Assembly: GCA_964016885.1 (NCBI GenBank)
Contig: OZ024750.1
Span: 35,092,001-35,156,000 of the forward strand
From: Eledone cirrhosa
Lineage: Eukaryota
Length of the DNA: 64,000 nucleotides
Reading direction: 5' to 3'
The notes under the pieces: generated by a model
Told to the model about the DNA's origin: nothing
Database searches by the model: none
Seen by the model: only the letters and a program-made list of their open reading frames with translations
Made by a program: the position numbers and the translations under genes
Shown here: piece by piece, positions 63,531 through 64,000 of the stretch
How the letters are laid out: each line of letters opens with the position of its first letter
Numbering within the stretch: position 1 is the stretch's first letter

Positions 63531-63720
63531 TGTGTATGTGTGTACAACATGTGTATATATAGATTTGTATATATATGTATACATACATGCTTTCAACTTG
63601 TACAAAAATTATTTGTCGCAACACTGATTCTCTTTTTTCTGTGATATCATACTCTGCTCTATGAGAGCATCGAGTGCTCATACGGCCTACCGCATATGGA
63701 CGCTTTAAGCATCCAACACC

Positions 63721-63768
<48 letters not shown>

Positions 63769-64000
63769 AAAATAATAAATTTGAAGACTAAAATCCAAAG
63801 AGAGCTCGATAAGGATAAATATATATCAAATATATAAGAACCATAGAGCAAATTTAATTATTGTTGATTTCAATAACCTCTGTAATTTATTTACATTATT
63901 CTTAACTCTTAAGACGAGAATCATTCGGTTTCCTAAATAGAATTTTAGTGTACGACTTCAGTTATACCATAATCGTGGTTTTGTCTTTGCGTGTAATTGT

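Overview
AT-rich, repeat-saturated animal nuclear DNA, most likely a coleoid cephalopod (Octopus-like). This is inferred from the tRNA-derived CORE-type and Meta-domain-type SINEs, RTE LINEs with (GAT)n tails and very long (TA)n tracts. No host protein-coding gene can be supported, so the window reads as intron or intergenic DNA. Nearly all ORF-track entries are microsatellite or tandem-repeat artefacts, antisense frames or decayed transposon fragments. Recognisable content: RTE LINE fragments of several families, CR1-type and CRE-type (RLE) non-LTR fragments, a decayed mariner transposase, hAT-, piggyBac- and Tc1/mariner-type MITEs, a probable solo LTR, more than 30 SINE copies and many minisatellites. 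Highlights: (1) three apparently complete type I hammerhead ribozymes with palindromic stem III (8238-8314 +, 58495-58533 +, 58828-58863 -) plus decayed ones, mostly in fold-back relics next to (TA)n, i.e. Penelope pLTR or retrozyme-like; (2) a 24 x 90-bp higher-order satellite built from a SINE tail, lying behind a Pol III promoter with no T4 terminator; (3) mosaic SINEs sharing modules with two RTE families present in the window. Everything was read by eye. Family names come from motif recognition, not database searches, and boundaries are approximate unless TSD/TIR positions are given.
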